A stretch of 41,719 nucleotides of DNA from a bacterium. GTDB lineage: Bacteria > UBP6 > UBA1177. Every line of letters starts with the position of its first letter. The stretch's first letter is position 1. The translations under genes were made by a program, and so were the position numbers. The stretch covers positions 1 to 41,719 of the forward strand of contig JAGOEX010000002.1 in assembly GCA_017997475.1 (NCBI GenBank). The letters are read 5' to 3'. The notes under the pieces are model-generated. The model saw only the letters and a program-made list of their open reading frames with translations, searched no databases and was not told where the DNA came from. Of this stretch, positions 9,127-16,974 are shown piece after piece.

Positions 9127-10011
9127 ATGCTCTATTTTATTTTAACTCTCATAATTTTTGCTTCGATGGAAGCAGTTTCAAAACCTTTGATGGGGCATAT
9201 TGATCCGTTTGCTCTTACTTTCTGGCGTTTTGCAGCAGGGTTTTTGTTCTTTTTATTCTATCCGGGGATGAAAAAAAGATTTAAAGAGATCATGCATTTT
9301 AATAAAAAAGACTGGCTGGCTGTAATTTCTTTAGGAATATTAAATACTTTCCTTGCCATGAGCATACTTCAGATATCTGTAAAGCACTGCTCTGCGGCAA
9401 CATCGGCAACGATTTTCTGCTCGAATCCGGTTTTTGTCATGCTCATATCAAGTGTTCTGGGGTTAGAGAAATTTTCGCTTAGGAAAAGTATCGGAATATT
9501 CACCGGTGTAGGTGCGGTTGCTTTTATTATGGCAGAAAAAGGGTTTATTATCAATTCGGGTGCACTTTTCGCTCTTTCCGCAGCTATCGTGTTTGCGGCA
9601 TACACTGTTCTAAGCAAAAGTACCGTTTCCAAGATCGACCCTTTTGCGGTAAATCTGACATCATTCTTTTCGGGTCTTACTGCAAACTTTATTTTTATGT
9701 CAGCGGCAGATATATCTTTCGTTCCTTCTGCTGAATTCTTTAATGTTTCCAGAACATTGGCATTTCTTTATCTGGGTTTTGTCGTTACGGGGGCGGGGTA
9801 TGTTACATTCTTTGAAACAATCAAAAGATTTACAGCGGTAAGTTCTTCGATCATTTTCATGCTCAAGCCGGCTCTTGCAGTTCTTTTTTCGGCAATCTTT
9901 CTCAATGAGACACTGTCAGCACATTTCTTTGCAGGTCTTTTAATGTTGACAGCGGCGACGGCCGTCATTTTTTCAGATAGATTCCCTGATATTATAAGAA
10001 AATATAAATAA
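9127..10011 (+). CDS. EamA/DMT-superfamily transporter
   Basis: 294 aa, about ten hydrophobic segments in two similar halves, typical of EamA-domain permeases. AAGGA RBS 4 nt upstream of the ATG. Confidence 0.82.
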   Translation: MLYFILTLIIFASMEAVSKPLMGHIDPFALTFWRFAAGFLFFLFYPGMKKRFKEIMHFNKKDWLAVISLGILNTFLAMSILQISVKHCSAATSATIFCSNPVFVMLISSVLGLEKFSLRKSIGIFTGVGAVAFIMAEKGFIINSGALFALSAAIVFAAYTVLSKSTVSKIDPFAVNLTSFFSGLTANFIFMSAADISFVPSAEFFNVSRTLAFLYLGFVVTGAGYVTFFETIKRFTAVSSSIIFMLKPALAVLFSAIFLNETLSAHFFAGLLMLTAATAVIFSDRFPDIIRKYK

Positions 10012-10012
10012 C

Positions 10013-10041
10013 TTGAGATTTAATTCATTTTTTCATACTAT
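10013..10041 (+). promoter_or_regulatory. Putative sigma70-type promoter for the chemoreceptor gene
   Basis: TTGAGA (10013..10018)-17 nt-TACTAT (10036..10041), 22 nt upstream of GTG 10064. By-eye match only. Confidence 0.35.
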
Positions 10042-10063
10042 TTTGCAGTTTAATTATTGACAG

Positions 10064-13000
10064 GTGCGTGCCGTGAAAAGATTTATTTCAGTTTTTATTT
10101 TTATTTCAACGATAACTGTGAGCGGACTTTCAAAAGATGTTTCACTTAACCAGTTCATGATCGATAAATGGGACAATTCCTCGGGTTTGCCTCAGAACAG
10201 CGTAACTTGCATAACACAGACCAGGGACGGATATCTCTGGATGGGAACTGAAGAGGGTTTTGTCAAGTTTGACGGGCTGAAATTCAAACTCTATGATGAT
10301 TCAGTTCTTCCGATCGAAACACACAACACGGGATTTATCATTGAGGACAACAAAACTCCTCACTTGTGGGTCGGTTTCAACGGCGGCGGTCTTGTGAAGC
10401 TTAATTATGAAAACGATAAATTCACTGTCTATGATACAAAAAACGGTCTCCCTGAGAACGCAGTCAAGTACGGTGTGCAGACTCTCAACGGCATGCTCTA
10501 TCTGGGCACTGCAAGGTCAGGAGTGGTTCTCATAAAACCGGATGAAAGTATCTCACTGATAGATAAATCAGCGGGACTTCCAAATAATAATGTCAAATTC
10601 ATCGGCAAGACAAAGGATGATACGGTCTGGGTCGCCACTTACAACTATCTTTCGAAAATAGAAGGGTCTACTGCAAAGGAAGTTCTGAAGCTGAGTTACG
10701 AAATTAACACTGTCTATTTTGAAAGTCCCAAAAATTTTATAATAGGAACAATGGGTGGCGGAATATACAGTTTCAACCCGATGACCGGAGATGTTTTTCC
10801 GTATAAGAAAAATCAGTTCGGGGACAAGATGGTCAGTGCTATTTATCTTGATTCCCACAAATGTGTTTATGTGGGCACTCTGAATGATGGATTTTTCAGA
10901 ATTTGCAATGAAGAGGACAGTAAGTCAAACTGGCTGCCCATAAATCATGCAGTTGCAATAATTTCCGATCATGAAGGAAGTTTATGGATAGGAACAAGGG
11001 GTTCTGCCCTTCACAGGTTGAAGGAAGGCAAGTTCATCACTTATGGAAGGAAGAACGGTCTTTCGGAGCCCGTAATATTTCCGATAACTGAAAGTTCTGA
11101 CGGCGGAATGTGGATAGGCACCTGGGGCGGAGCTCTTTATAAACTGAAAGATAACAAGATAAAGCAGTATACTTTCGGTGACCACCTTGCTAAATATGAC
11201 ACGATACTTTCTCTGTTTCAGGAAAAGAACGGCCCTCTGTGGGCCAGCGTCTACGGCAAGGGAATACTTAAAATTGATGATAATGAAACGCGTCTCTATT
11301 CTGATTCTGACGGTGTGATAGAAAAGCTCATACCGGCTATTTTCAAGGATTCAAGAGGAGTTCTTTGGGTCGGAACACAGACGAAAGGTCTTCTTTACAT
11401 GGAAGAAAATCCTCCGTTCAAACTTTTCCCGGGAACTGATGGAATGAATATCTCGTCAATTGCCGAGGACAGATCAGGAAATATCTGGATAGGAACTCAC
11501 AACGGTGCTTTCAGAATACAGGGCGAAACTCTTGTGAAAGATTTCACGAACCTTGAAAATATCGCCACGCTGTCAGTATATCCGGCATCAGACGGCAAGA
11601 TCATTTTTGCAACCGATAACGGGCTTACAGTTTATGAAAAAAGCATGGGGGCGATTACAATTGACCGGAAAAAAGGTATTGATACCAGAAAGATCTTTGA
11701 TGTCATCGAAGACAGGACGGGAGGTCTCTGGCTGACTTCAAACAAAGGGATCAAGTATATAGAAAAAAGAGATCTCGAAGATTTTCTTCAAGGCAAAGTT
11801 CCTGTCGTAACCCCCAAAACTTACGGATTTAAGGATGGATTGCTGACCCCTGAATGCAACGGAGGAACCCAGCCGAACATATGGCGATCGAGTGATGGTA
11901 AAATATGGATTCCCACTGCCGAAGGTGCGGCCGTTGTTGATCCGTCTGACACTATAATTAACGGTGTTGTTCCTCCTGTTCATATCGTATCTGTGAAAGG
12001 AGATGATGTCATTTATCAGGTAATGCCTGATGAGAAAATAATTTTCGAGGCAGGCACAGCAACTGTTTCATTTGAATTTACTGCGCTCAGCTATCTTTTC
12101 CCCGATCAGGTTTCATTTAAATATATGCTCGACGGATTTGATGACAAATGGAAAGAAGCTGAGGGGAAAAGGTATACTTTTTACACGAACCTTGAACCCG
12201 GTGACTATACATTCAAGGTCATTGCAGCAAACAATGATAATGTCTGGAACACCGAAGGCACTTCTCTAAAATTCAGAATTGAACCTTTTTTCTGGCAGAC
12301 ATTATGGTTCAAGACGCTTCTTGTCATAGCATTTTTAACATTTCTCGTGATCTGGATAAAAAGAAAGGTCGTTCAGATAAGATCAAGAGAGGATGTCCTG
12401 AGTAAGACTATCCAGTCGAGGACAAAAAATCTTAAGGATATCATTCTGCATGTGAAAACTCTGTCAGAAACACTTGCCGATATCTCAAAGCTCATTTCAA
12501 GCAACACCGGCATAACAGCGGAAAAATTCAATGCGACTTACGCAATGATAGATACTGCGTCATCAACTCTTTCAGACATTACATCAAAACTTTCCGACAC
12601 AAGGAATGAAGTTCAGGATATGAGTCAGGTTCTGACAAAAATTTCAAAAAAAGCGGACCATTCAACTATTGTTCTCGGCGAGGCAGTTGATTCAATAGAA
12701 AAAATTGAATCCAGTGCTAATCAGGTTTCAAACATAGTTGAAGTAGTTGACGAGATCGCCTTTAAAACGAATCTTCTGTCACTTAATGCGGCGATAGAAG
12801 CGGCAAGGGCAGGGGAGTCGGGAAAAGGTTTTGCGGTTGTTGCGGAATCTGTAAGGGAGCTTTCAATGCAGACAGCAAATGCTGTCGAAATGATCAAGAA
12901 ACTTATAGATGATACCAATCTCAAAGTCGTTTCCGGAAGAAGTTCAGTAAACAACATCGTCAGTTTCATCAATGAGCTTGTCGGAGAATTCCGCAGTATT

Positions 13001-13207
13001 TCCAATCAGATAAGCCAGATAAAAGGAATAATAGAAAATCATGTGAATGAAGTGGGAAGTGTCGACAGATCGCTTAGTGACATCAGAAGAATCACACAGG
13101 AAAGCACAGAAATGGTGGATAATGTGTATCAGGTTTCAAGAAAACTCAATGTTGAAACGGCAAACCTGAGAAAGGAAGTCACAAAGATACAGGATATAGA
13201 CAACTGA
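10064..13207 (+). CDS. Methyl-accepting chemotaxis protein with a two-component-regulator-propeller (Reg_prop) plus Y_Y_Y periplasmic sensor
   Basis: 1047 aa. Signal/anchor FISVFIFISTITVSG. Many propeller repeats (YLWMGTEEGF, LWVGFNGGGL, VWVATYNYL, LWIGTRGSAL, MWIGTWGGAL, LWVGTQTKGL, IWIGTHNGAF, LWLTSNKGI, IWIPTAEGA). Y_Y_Y module FKYMLDGFDDKWKEAEGKRYTFYTNLEPGDYTFKVIAANNDNVW. TM LWFKTLLVIAFLTFLVIWI. MCP hairpin tip EIAFKTNLLSLNAAIEAARAGESGKGFAVVAESVRELS. Start could be GTG 10064 or GTG 10073. Confidence 0.85.
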   Translation: MRAVKRFISVFIFISTITVSGLSKDVSLNQFMIDKWDNSSGLPQNSVTCITQTRDGYLWMGTEEGFVKFDGLKFKLYDDSVLPIETHNTGFIIEDNKTPHLWVGFNGGGLVKLNYENDKFTVYDTKNGLPENAVKYGVQTLNGMLYLGTARSGVVLIKPDESISLIDKSAGLPNNNVKFIGKTKDDTVWVATYNYLSKIEGSTAKEVLKLSYEINTVYFESPKNFIIGTMGGGIYSFNPMTGDVFPYKKNQFGDKMVSAIYLDSHKCVYVGTLNDGFFRICNEEDSKSNWLPINHAVAIISDHEGSLWIGTRGSALHRLKEGKFITYGRKNGLSEPVIFPITESSDGGMWIGTWGGALYKLKDNKIKQYTFGDHLAKYDTILSLFQEKNGPLWASVYGKGILKIDDNETRLYSDSDGVIEKLIPAIFKDSRGVLWVGTQTKGLLYMEENPPFKLFPGTDGMNISSIAEDRSGNIWIGTHNGAFRIQGETLVKDFTNLENIATLSVYPASDGKIIFATDNGLTVYEKSMGAITIDRKKGIDTRKIFDVIEDRTGGLWLTSNKGIKYIEKRDLEDFLQGKVPVVTPKTYGFKDGLLTPECNGGTQPNIWRSSDGKIWIPTAEGAAVVDPSDTIINGVVPPVHIVSVKGDDVIYQVMPDEKIIFEAGTATVSFEFTALSYLFPDQVSFKYMLDGFDDKWKEAEGKRYTFYTNLEPGDYTFKVIAANNDNVWNTEGTSLKFRIEPFFWQTLWFKTLLVIAFLTFLVIWIKRKVVQIRSREDVLSKTIQSRTKNLKDIILHVKTLSETLADISKLISSNTGITAEKFNATYAMIDTASSTLSDITSKLSDTRNEVQDMSQVLTKISKKADHSTIVLGEAVDSIEKIESSANQVSNIVEVVDEIAFKTNLLSLNAAIEAARAGESGKGFAVVAESVRELSMQTANAVEMIKKLIDDTNLKVVSGRSSVNNIVSFINELVGEFRSISNQISQIKGIIENHVNEVGSVDRSLSDIRRITQESTEMVDNVYQVSRKLNVETANLRKEVTKIQDIDN

Positions 13208-13228
13208 TCAGTAATTACTTATCAGTTG
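13201..13228. repeat. 28-nt imperfect palindrome spanning two abutting convergent stop codons; candidate bidirectional hairpin terminator
   Basis: CAACTGATCAGTAATTACTTATCAGTTG. Positions pair i with 29-i except one C/T mismatch (13209/13220). Covers TGA (13205..13207, plus gene) and TCA (13208..13210, the minus-gene stop). No flanking U-tract. Confidence 0.4.
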
Positions 13229-14020
13229 GACCATTTGAGCACTCATTCTGTTGTTATCAGTTACAAAAACAAAATCATTGTCAAGCTCCTCCCAGTGGAT
13301 CATATCATTTCCCTGCTTCTGGATGAGCTTTGCTTTGCAATTATTGTCGGGATGCTTAACGAGACAGGTTCCATCTTCAAAAACATTTTTTATATGAGCA
13401 TTGTTTTTTGAAAGAAAAAGTGTTCCCTTTTCCTCTTCTTTCAAACCTTTAATGCTTATTTTTGCAGCCGGGGTTGCGGCAATTGATGTGAATCGACCCC
13501 TTAAAACAGGCGATATTGATGCAAGATTAAGCAAAGTTTTTTTGTCGATGGTGAATTTTTTATTCAACTCTGTTTCGGTCTTTTCGGGTGTGTCAAAATC
13601 ATAGGGAAGAAGATTGTTGTGCGCCGCGATGATCTCTTTTATGATGAGGTTGTTTTCTTTTTCTATTTGTGAAAGTGAAAATACAAATGCAAACACAAGT
13701 GAAGTGAATGAAACTGTAGAAACCGCTACAGTAAAGCCGTGACTGCGCAGATATTCAAAAAATTTGTGTACGATCCCGTATTTTGAAGAATGTTGATCAA
13801 TGAAGCTGTAAAAACCCTCTTTTTCAATAAGAGAAAGCTTGTTAAGTGAATTAAACCTGTTGACCGCATTTTTTGCGAAAATGATTTCTTCATATCTCTT
13901 TTTACATGAAACACAGCTTCCCAGGTGAATAGAAACTTCAGAACTTTCACGCAGATCGAGTTCGTTGTCTGCATACTGTTCAATGAAAAGTTCATTCATG
14001 TCACATTTTGTTTCAACCAT
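13208..14020 (-). CDS. Anti-sigma factor (zf-HC2 type) with single TM and uncharacterised extracytoplasmic domain
   Basis: 270 aa. N-terminal HLGSCVSCKKRYEE (H-x3-C-x2-C). Central TM FTVAVSTVSFTSLVFAFVFSL. 8-nt overlap with the sigma gene (ATGGTTGA). Real start might be the internal Met at MNELFIEQY. Confidence 0.7.
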   Translation of the reverse strand: MVETKCDMNELFIEQYADNELDLRESSEVSIHLGSCVSCKKRYEEIIFAKNAVNRFNSLNKLSLIEKEGFYSFIDQHSSKYGIVHKFFEYLRSHGFTVAVSTVSFTSLVFAFVFSLSQIEKENNLIIKEIIAAHNNLLPYDFDTPEKTETELNKKFTIDKKTLLNLASISPVLRGRFTSIAATPAAKISIKGLKEEEKGTLFLSKNNAHIKNVFEDGTCLVKHPDNNCKAKLIQKQGNDMIHWEELDNDFVFVTDNNRMSAQMVQLISNY

Positions 14021-14561
14021 TTTTTTTCACCCTTTCTGTAACTATCTTTAATTCGACCGCTTCTTTTCTGAAAGCTTTTTTCAAATAACCTCTGGCTCTG
14101 TGAAGTCTGCTCATTACTGTGCCTACTGGTATTTGAAGCTGCTTAGCTGTCTCTTCATACGAAAGACCTTCTATTTCTTTCAGTATTATGGCATCCTTAT
14201 ACTCAGCAGGCATTATTTCCAGCACTTGACTCATTTTTTGATTCAGCAGAGGATCGCTCATTTCCTCAAGTGTAGTCAGAGATGCCATCAGAAATGAGGG
14301 TGTTTCCTCATTTTCCTTTGAAATATCAGCCAGATATGATTCTTTCTTGATCTGCGCTCTTTTTATGTTATTTAGGTGCGTGTTCTTCAGTATTCTGAAT
14401 ATCCATGACCTGAAATGAGACTCCTCTTTATAAAGATGTTTCTTACTTAAGGCCGTTACGATCGCATCCTGCATGAGATCAAGTGCCTTATCCCTGTTGC
14501 CGGTAATAAAAAGGGAGTAACTGAAAATAGTTTCAAGATTGTCTTTTAATAGTTTTTCCAT
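14013..14561 (-). CDS. ECF-type RNA polymerase sigma-70 family factor
   Basis: 182 aa. Region 2 (DLMQDAIVTAL...FRSWIFRILKNTHLNNIKR) and region 4 HTH (GLSYEETAKQLQIPVGTVMSRLHRARGYLKK). AGGA RBS upstream. Confidence 0.9.
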   Translation of the reverse strand: MEKLLKDNLETIFSYSLFITGNRDKALDLMQDAIVTALSKKHLYKEESHFRSWIFRILKNTHLNNIKRAQIKKESYLADISKENEETPSFLMASLTTLEEMSDPLLNQKMSQVLEIMPAEYKDAIILKEIEGLSYEETAKQLQIPVGTVMSRLHRARGYLKKAFRKEAVELKIVTERVKKNG

Positions 14562-14656
14562 CTTTTCCTAATCTGCAAAAAACATCTTCCGGCATACAAA
14601 CAGCAGAATCTAACTAAATATTCCATTTTTTCCATAAAAATGTAAATAACAGATAT

Positions 14657-15787
14657 TCAGACCCTTGAAAGTGCTTTGTCCAACCTTGTTATAAGATCAT
14701 CGGTCTGAATGTGATCACCGAGAGTTATTCTGAAAAAGCCGGGAAGGTTCTTAAAAGAGCTTCTGTCCCTTACAAAAACATTCTCTTTTTCCATTTCTTC
14801 AATAAATCTGGGGAGTTTGGGATGCTGTACCATTATATAATTTGCCGAACTGTCATGGGCTACTATGTTCCGTGATCTGAAAAACTGAAGGAGCATCATT
14901 TTGCTGTTTTTTACTTCGATAACATAGTCGTCCATATATTTTTTATCAGAAAGCGCGGCAGCGGCGGCTATCTGTGCAAGAACGCTTACACTTTTAGGGT
15001 TTATCACCTTGCTCAGTTCATCAATGAGAATAATGTTCGTTACAAGATATCCGACTCTCAACCCTGCCAGAGCCCACGCTTTTGAAAAAGTTCTTGTAAT
15101 AATTAAATTCGAGTGTCTGTCGATGAGATCCATCACTGTTTCTCCGGCAAATTCAAAATAGGCCTCATCAACTATCACGATGGCGTTCCTTGCAACAGAG
15201 CAGAGAGTTGATATCTGCTTTTTTGAAATAAGAACCCCCGTGGGATTATTCGGGTTTACAACATAGATGAGTTTTGTCGCAGGAGAAAGATTTTCAATTA
15301 TTGAGGCAATGTCCGGTTTGAAAGGGTCCGGTGCTTCAACTTTTTTAAGAACCGCTCCTCTTGACTGAACATATGTCACAAAATGGGTATATGTGGGATA
15401 TGGAATGACAACTTCGTCTCCCGGCTCAAGAAACACTTTACATATAAGATCAAGCGCATCGTCACTTCCGTTTGTTACAAGCACTTCTTCCATTTGCCTG
15501 TTGCAGTATTCTCCAATCTTCTGCCGTAGATCCTTGCTGAACAGTTCAGGATACCAGTTTAAAAGATTTTCTTCGCAGGCGAGTGCTTCGACGAGAGCGT
15601 TTTTTACTGTGGTTGAAGGTGGCAGAGTTGACTCATTCCAGTCAAGTTTCAATGGCGGCAGATCGCAATATGTCTGTTTTGAAAGGATTTTGTCTCTGCT
15701 CGTAATGGGATTGTAAGCAACAACATCTTTAATAAGAGAACTGACCAGCGGTCTGCCGGTATTTAAGCAGGAAAGATTTTCTTTCAT
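14657..15787 (-). CDS. hisC: Histidinol-phosphate aminotransferase (class II PLP aminotransferase)
   Basis: 376 aa. LDWNES, TNGSDDALDL, NPNNPTG, VDEAYFEF, RTFSKAWALAGLRVGY (PLP lysine), FRITLG. This is the typical HisC motif series. No other his genes in the window. Confidence 0.85.
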   Translation of the reverse strand: MKENLSCLNTGRPLVSSLIKDVVAYNPITSRDKILSKQTYCDLPPLKLDWNESTLPPSTTVKNALVEALACEENLLNWYPELFSKDLRQKIGEYCNRQMEEVLVTNGSDDALDLICKVFLEPGDEVVIPYPTYTHFVTYVQSRGAVLKKVEAPDPFKPDIASIIENLSPATKLIYVVNPNNPTGVLISKKQISTLCSVARNAIVIVDEAYFEFAGETVMDLIDRHSNLIITRTFSKAWALAGLRVGYLVTNIILIDELSKVINPKSVSVLAQIAAAAALSDKKYMDDYVIEVKNSKMMLLQFFRSRNIVAHDSSANYIMVQHPKLPRFIEEMEKENVFVRDRSSFKNLPGFFRITLGDHIQTDDLITRLDKALSRV

Positions 15788-15829
15788 TTTACAAAAACCT
15801 GTGAATTATCAACCAACAAAAAAACTGAT

Positions 15830-15857
15830 ATTATAAGCAAAAAGTGTGCCCGCACAA
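15830..15857 (-). promoter_or_regulatory. Putative sigma70-type promoter of hisC
   Basis: Minus strand TTGTGC-16 nt-TATAAT, about 40 nt upstream of ATG 15787. The -35 overlaps a short inverted repeat TGTGcccgCACA. Confidence 0.3.
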
Positions 15858-15901
15858 CTCTCTGTTTTTATTAGATTAATACTTAATCCTGCTTAAAAGG
15901 G

Positions 15902-15954
15902 ATTTTACAAACAGGGGTGGCAGGGCAACGAGCTGTAAAATAGTTTTACAAACA
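15902..15954. repeat. Three copies of a TTTTACA core (two direct 11-mers TTTTACAAACA plus one inverted copy) in the divergent intergenic region
   Basis: TTTTACAAACA at 15903..15913 and 15944..15954. TGTAAAAT at 15934..15941 is the reverse complement of ATTTTACA at 15902..15909. Confidence 0.5.
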
Positions 15955-15986
15955 CATCTCATAGTGTTCTGTAATGCATAAAAATA

Positions 15987-16015
15987 TTGATTATGTGGAA
16001 ATTTAAGCATATTAT
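15987..16015 (+). promoter_or_regulatory. Putative sigma70-type promoter for the lipoprotein operon
   Basis: TTGATT (15987..15992)-17 nt-TATTAT (16010..16015). GGAG RBS 5 nt before ATG 16051. Confidence 0.35.
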
Positions 16016-16050
16016 ACCGCGTAAATGGTTTTAAGAGTTATGGAGACAAG

Positions 16051-16974
16051 ATGAGATTATTTCAGGTGCTCGCGGTTATTTTGTTGATATCATTGATGAA
16101 TTCATGTATCGCATTGAAAAAGGATGTAGATATGGCATCATCGCAGCTTACTGCGGAGAATAATGCAAAAATAAAAGTTCTTGAGGAATCTTTGAGATCT
16201 GAAATAGCAAAGATGTCACTGCGGCTTGATGAAATAGAAAAGACTTTGCAGATAGACAAGAAAGCCCAGGAGAATAAGATCAACCTTTCTTTTAACACTC
16301 TCGATGAGCTTAAGTCGACCATAAGAGATATTAACAACAGGATTGATAGTGTAGATATCGCGGCTCAGCAGGGAGGCGGACTTTCATCAAAAGTTTCAGA
16401 GCTTGAAAAAGCCGTTAAGTTATATGAAGAGCAACTGGAGAAATTGAAGAGTGACATGCTCATGCAGATAAGCGAGCTGAAACCTGTTGAAAACCTTACA
16501 GTTACAGAAAACGGTGTAGTGAGACTCCCGGAAAATGAGGAAAAAAGCTACAATCAGCTTGTTGATTTTACAAGAAGTGCAAGTGACGGCTCAGTTGCAA
16601 GAAAAGGATGGGATGTCTATTCTCTGAAATGGCCGAAGAACAGGAGATGTGATGTGGCATACTGGACCGGGGAGAGTTATTTCCTTGAAAAATCGTACAA
16701 CAATGCGATTGAATATTTCGGTAAGATAGAGAGTGAATTCAATACCTGTTCAAAGCTTGAAGCAAGCTATATCAGGACTGCGTATGCCCTTTTCTACATC
16801 GGGAAAGAGGATGTCGCTTCAAAAGTGCTTGAAGCTATGCAGATAAAATTTTCGAAATCAGCGTTTGCGGAGCAGATAAAAGATTTAAAAAAAATGATCT
16901 CAGGCAATGCCGCGAAGAAGAAAACACCGGCCGGAAAGAATGAAAAAGATGCGAAAAAGGGGGATAAAAAATGA
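16051..16974 (+). CDS. CpoB/YbgF-like protein: N-terminal coiled coil plus C-terminal TPR-like domain, possible lipoprotein, Lys-rich tail
   Basis: 307 aa. Signal peptide ending LMNSC (non-canonical lipobox). Heptad-rich residues about 30-150. C-terminal AYWTGESYFLEKSYNNAIEYFGKI...ASYIRTAYALFYIGKEDVASKVLE matches the YbgF TPR pattern (YWLGE...). Tail AAKKKTPAGKNEKDAKKGDKK. Confidence 0.55.
   Translation: MRLFQVLAVILLISLMNSCIALKKDVDMASSQLTAENNAKIKVLEESLRSEIAKMSLRLDEIEKTLQIDKKAQENKINLSFNTLDELKSTIRDINNRIDSVDIAAQQGGGLSSKVSELEKAVKLYEEQLEKLKSDMLMQISELKPVENLTVTENGVVRLPENEEKSYNQLVDFTRSASDGSVARKGWDVYSLKWPKNRRCDVAYWTGESYFLEKSYNNAIEYFGKIESEFNTCSKLEASYIRTAYALFYIGKEDVASKVLEAMQIKFSKSAFAEQIKDLKKMISGNAAKKKTPAGKNEKDAKKGDKK

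Noticed and set aside
14562-14656. ECF-type autoregulatory promoter (GGAAT...N16...CTGT) upstream of the sigma gene
   Set aside because: The match to GGAAC/CGTC-type ECF promoters is poor, and the ECF group is unknown. I did not annotate it.
15788-16050. Possible replication origin at the divergent strand switch
   Set aside because: There are only two degenerate DnaA-box-like 9-mers (TTATCAACC near 15806 and TGTGGAAAT near 15995), no dnaA/dnaN nearby, and plus-strand genes at 9127..13207 break the orientation pattern. A GC-skew computation on the whole contig would be needed to revisit this.
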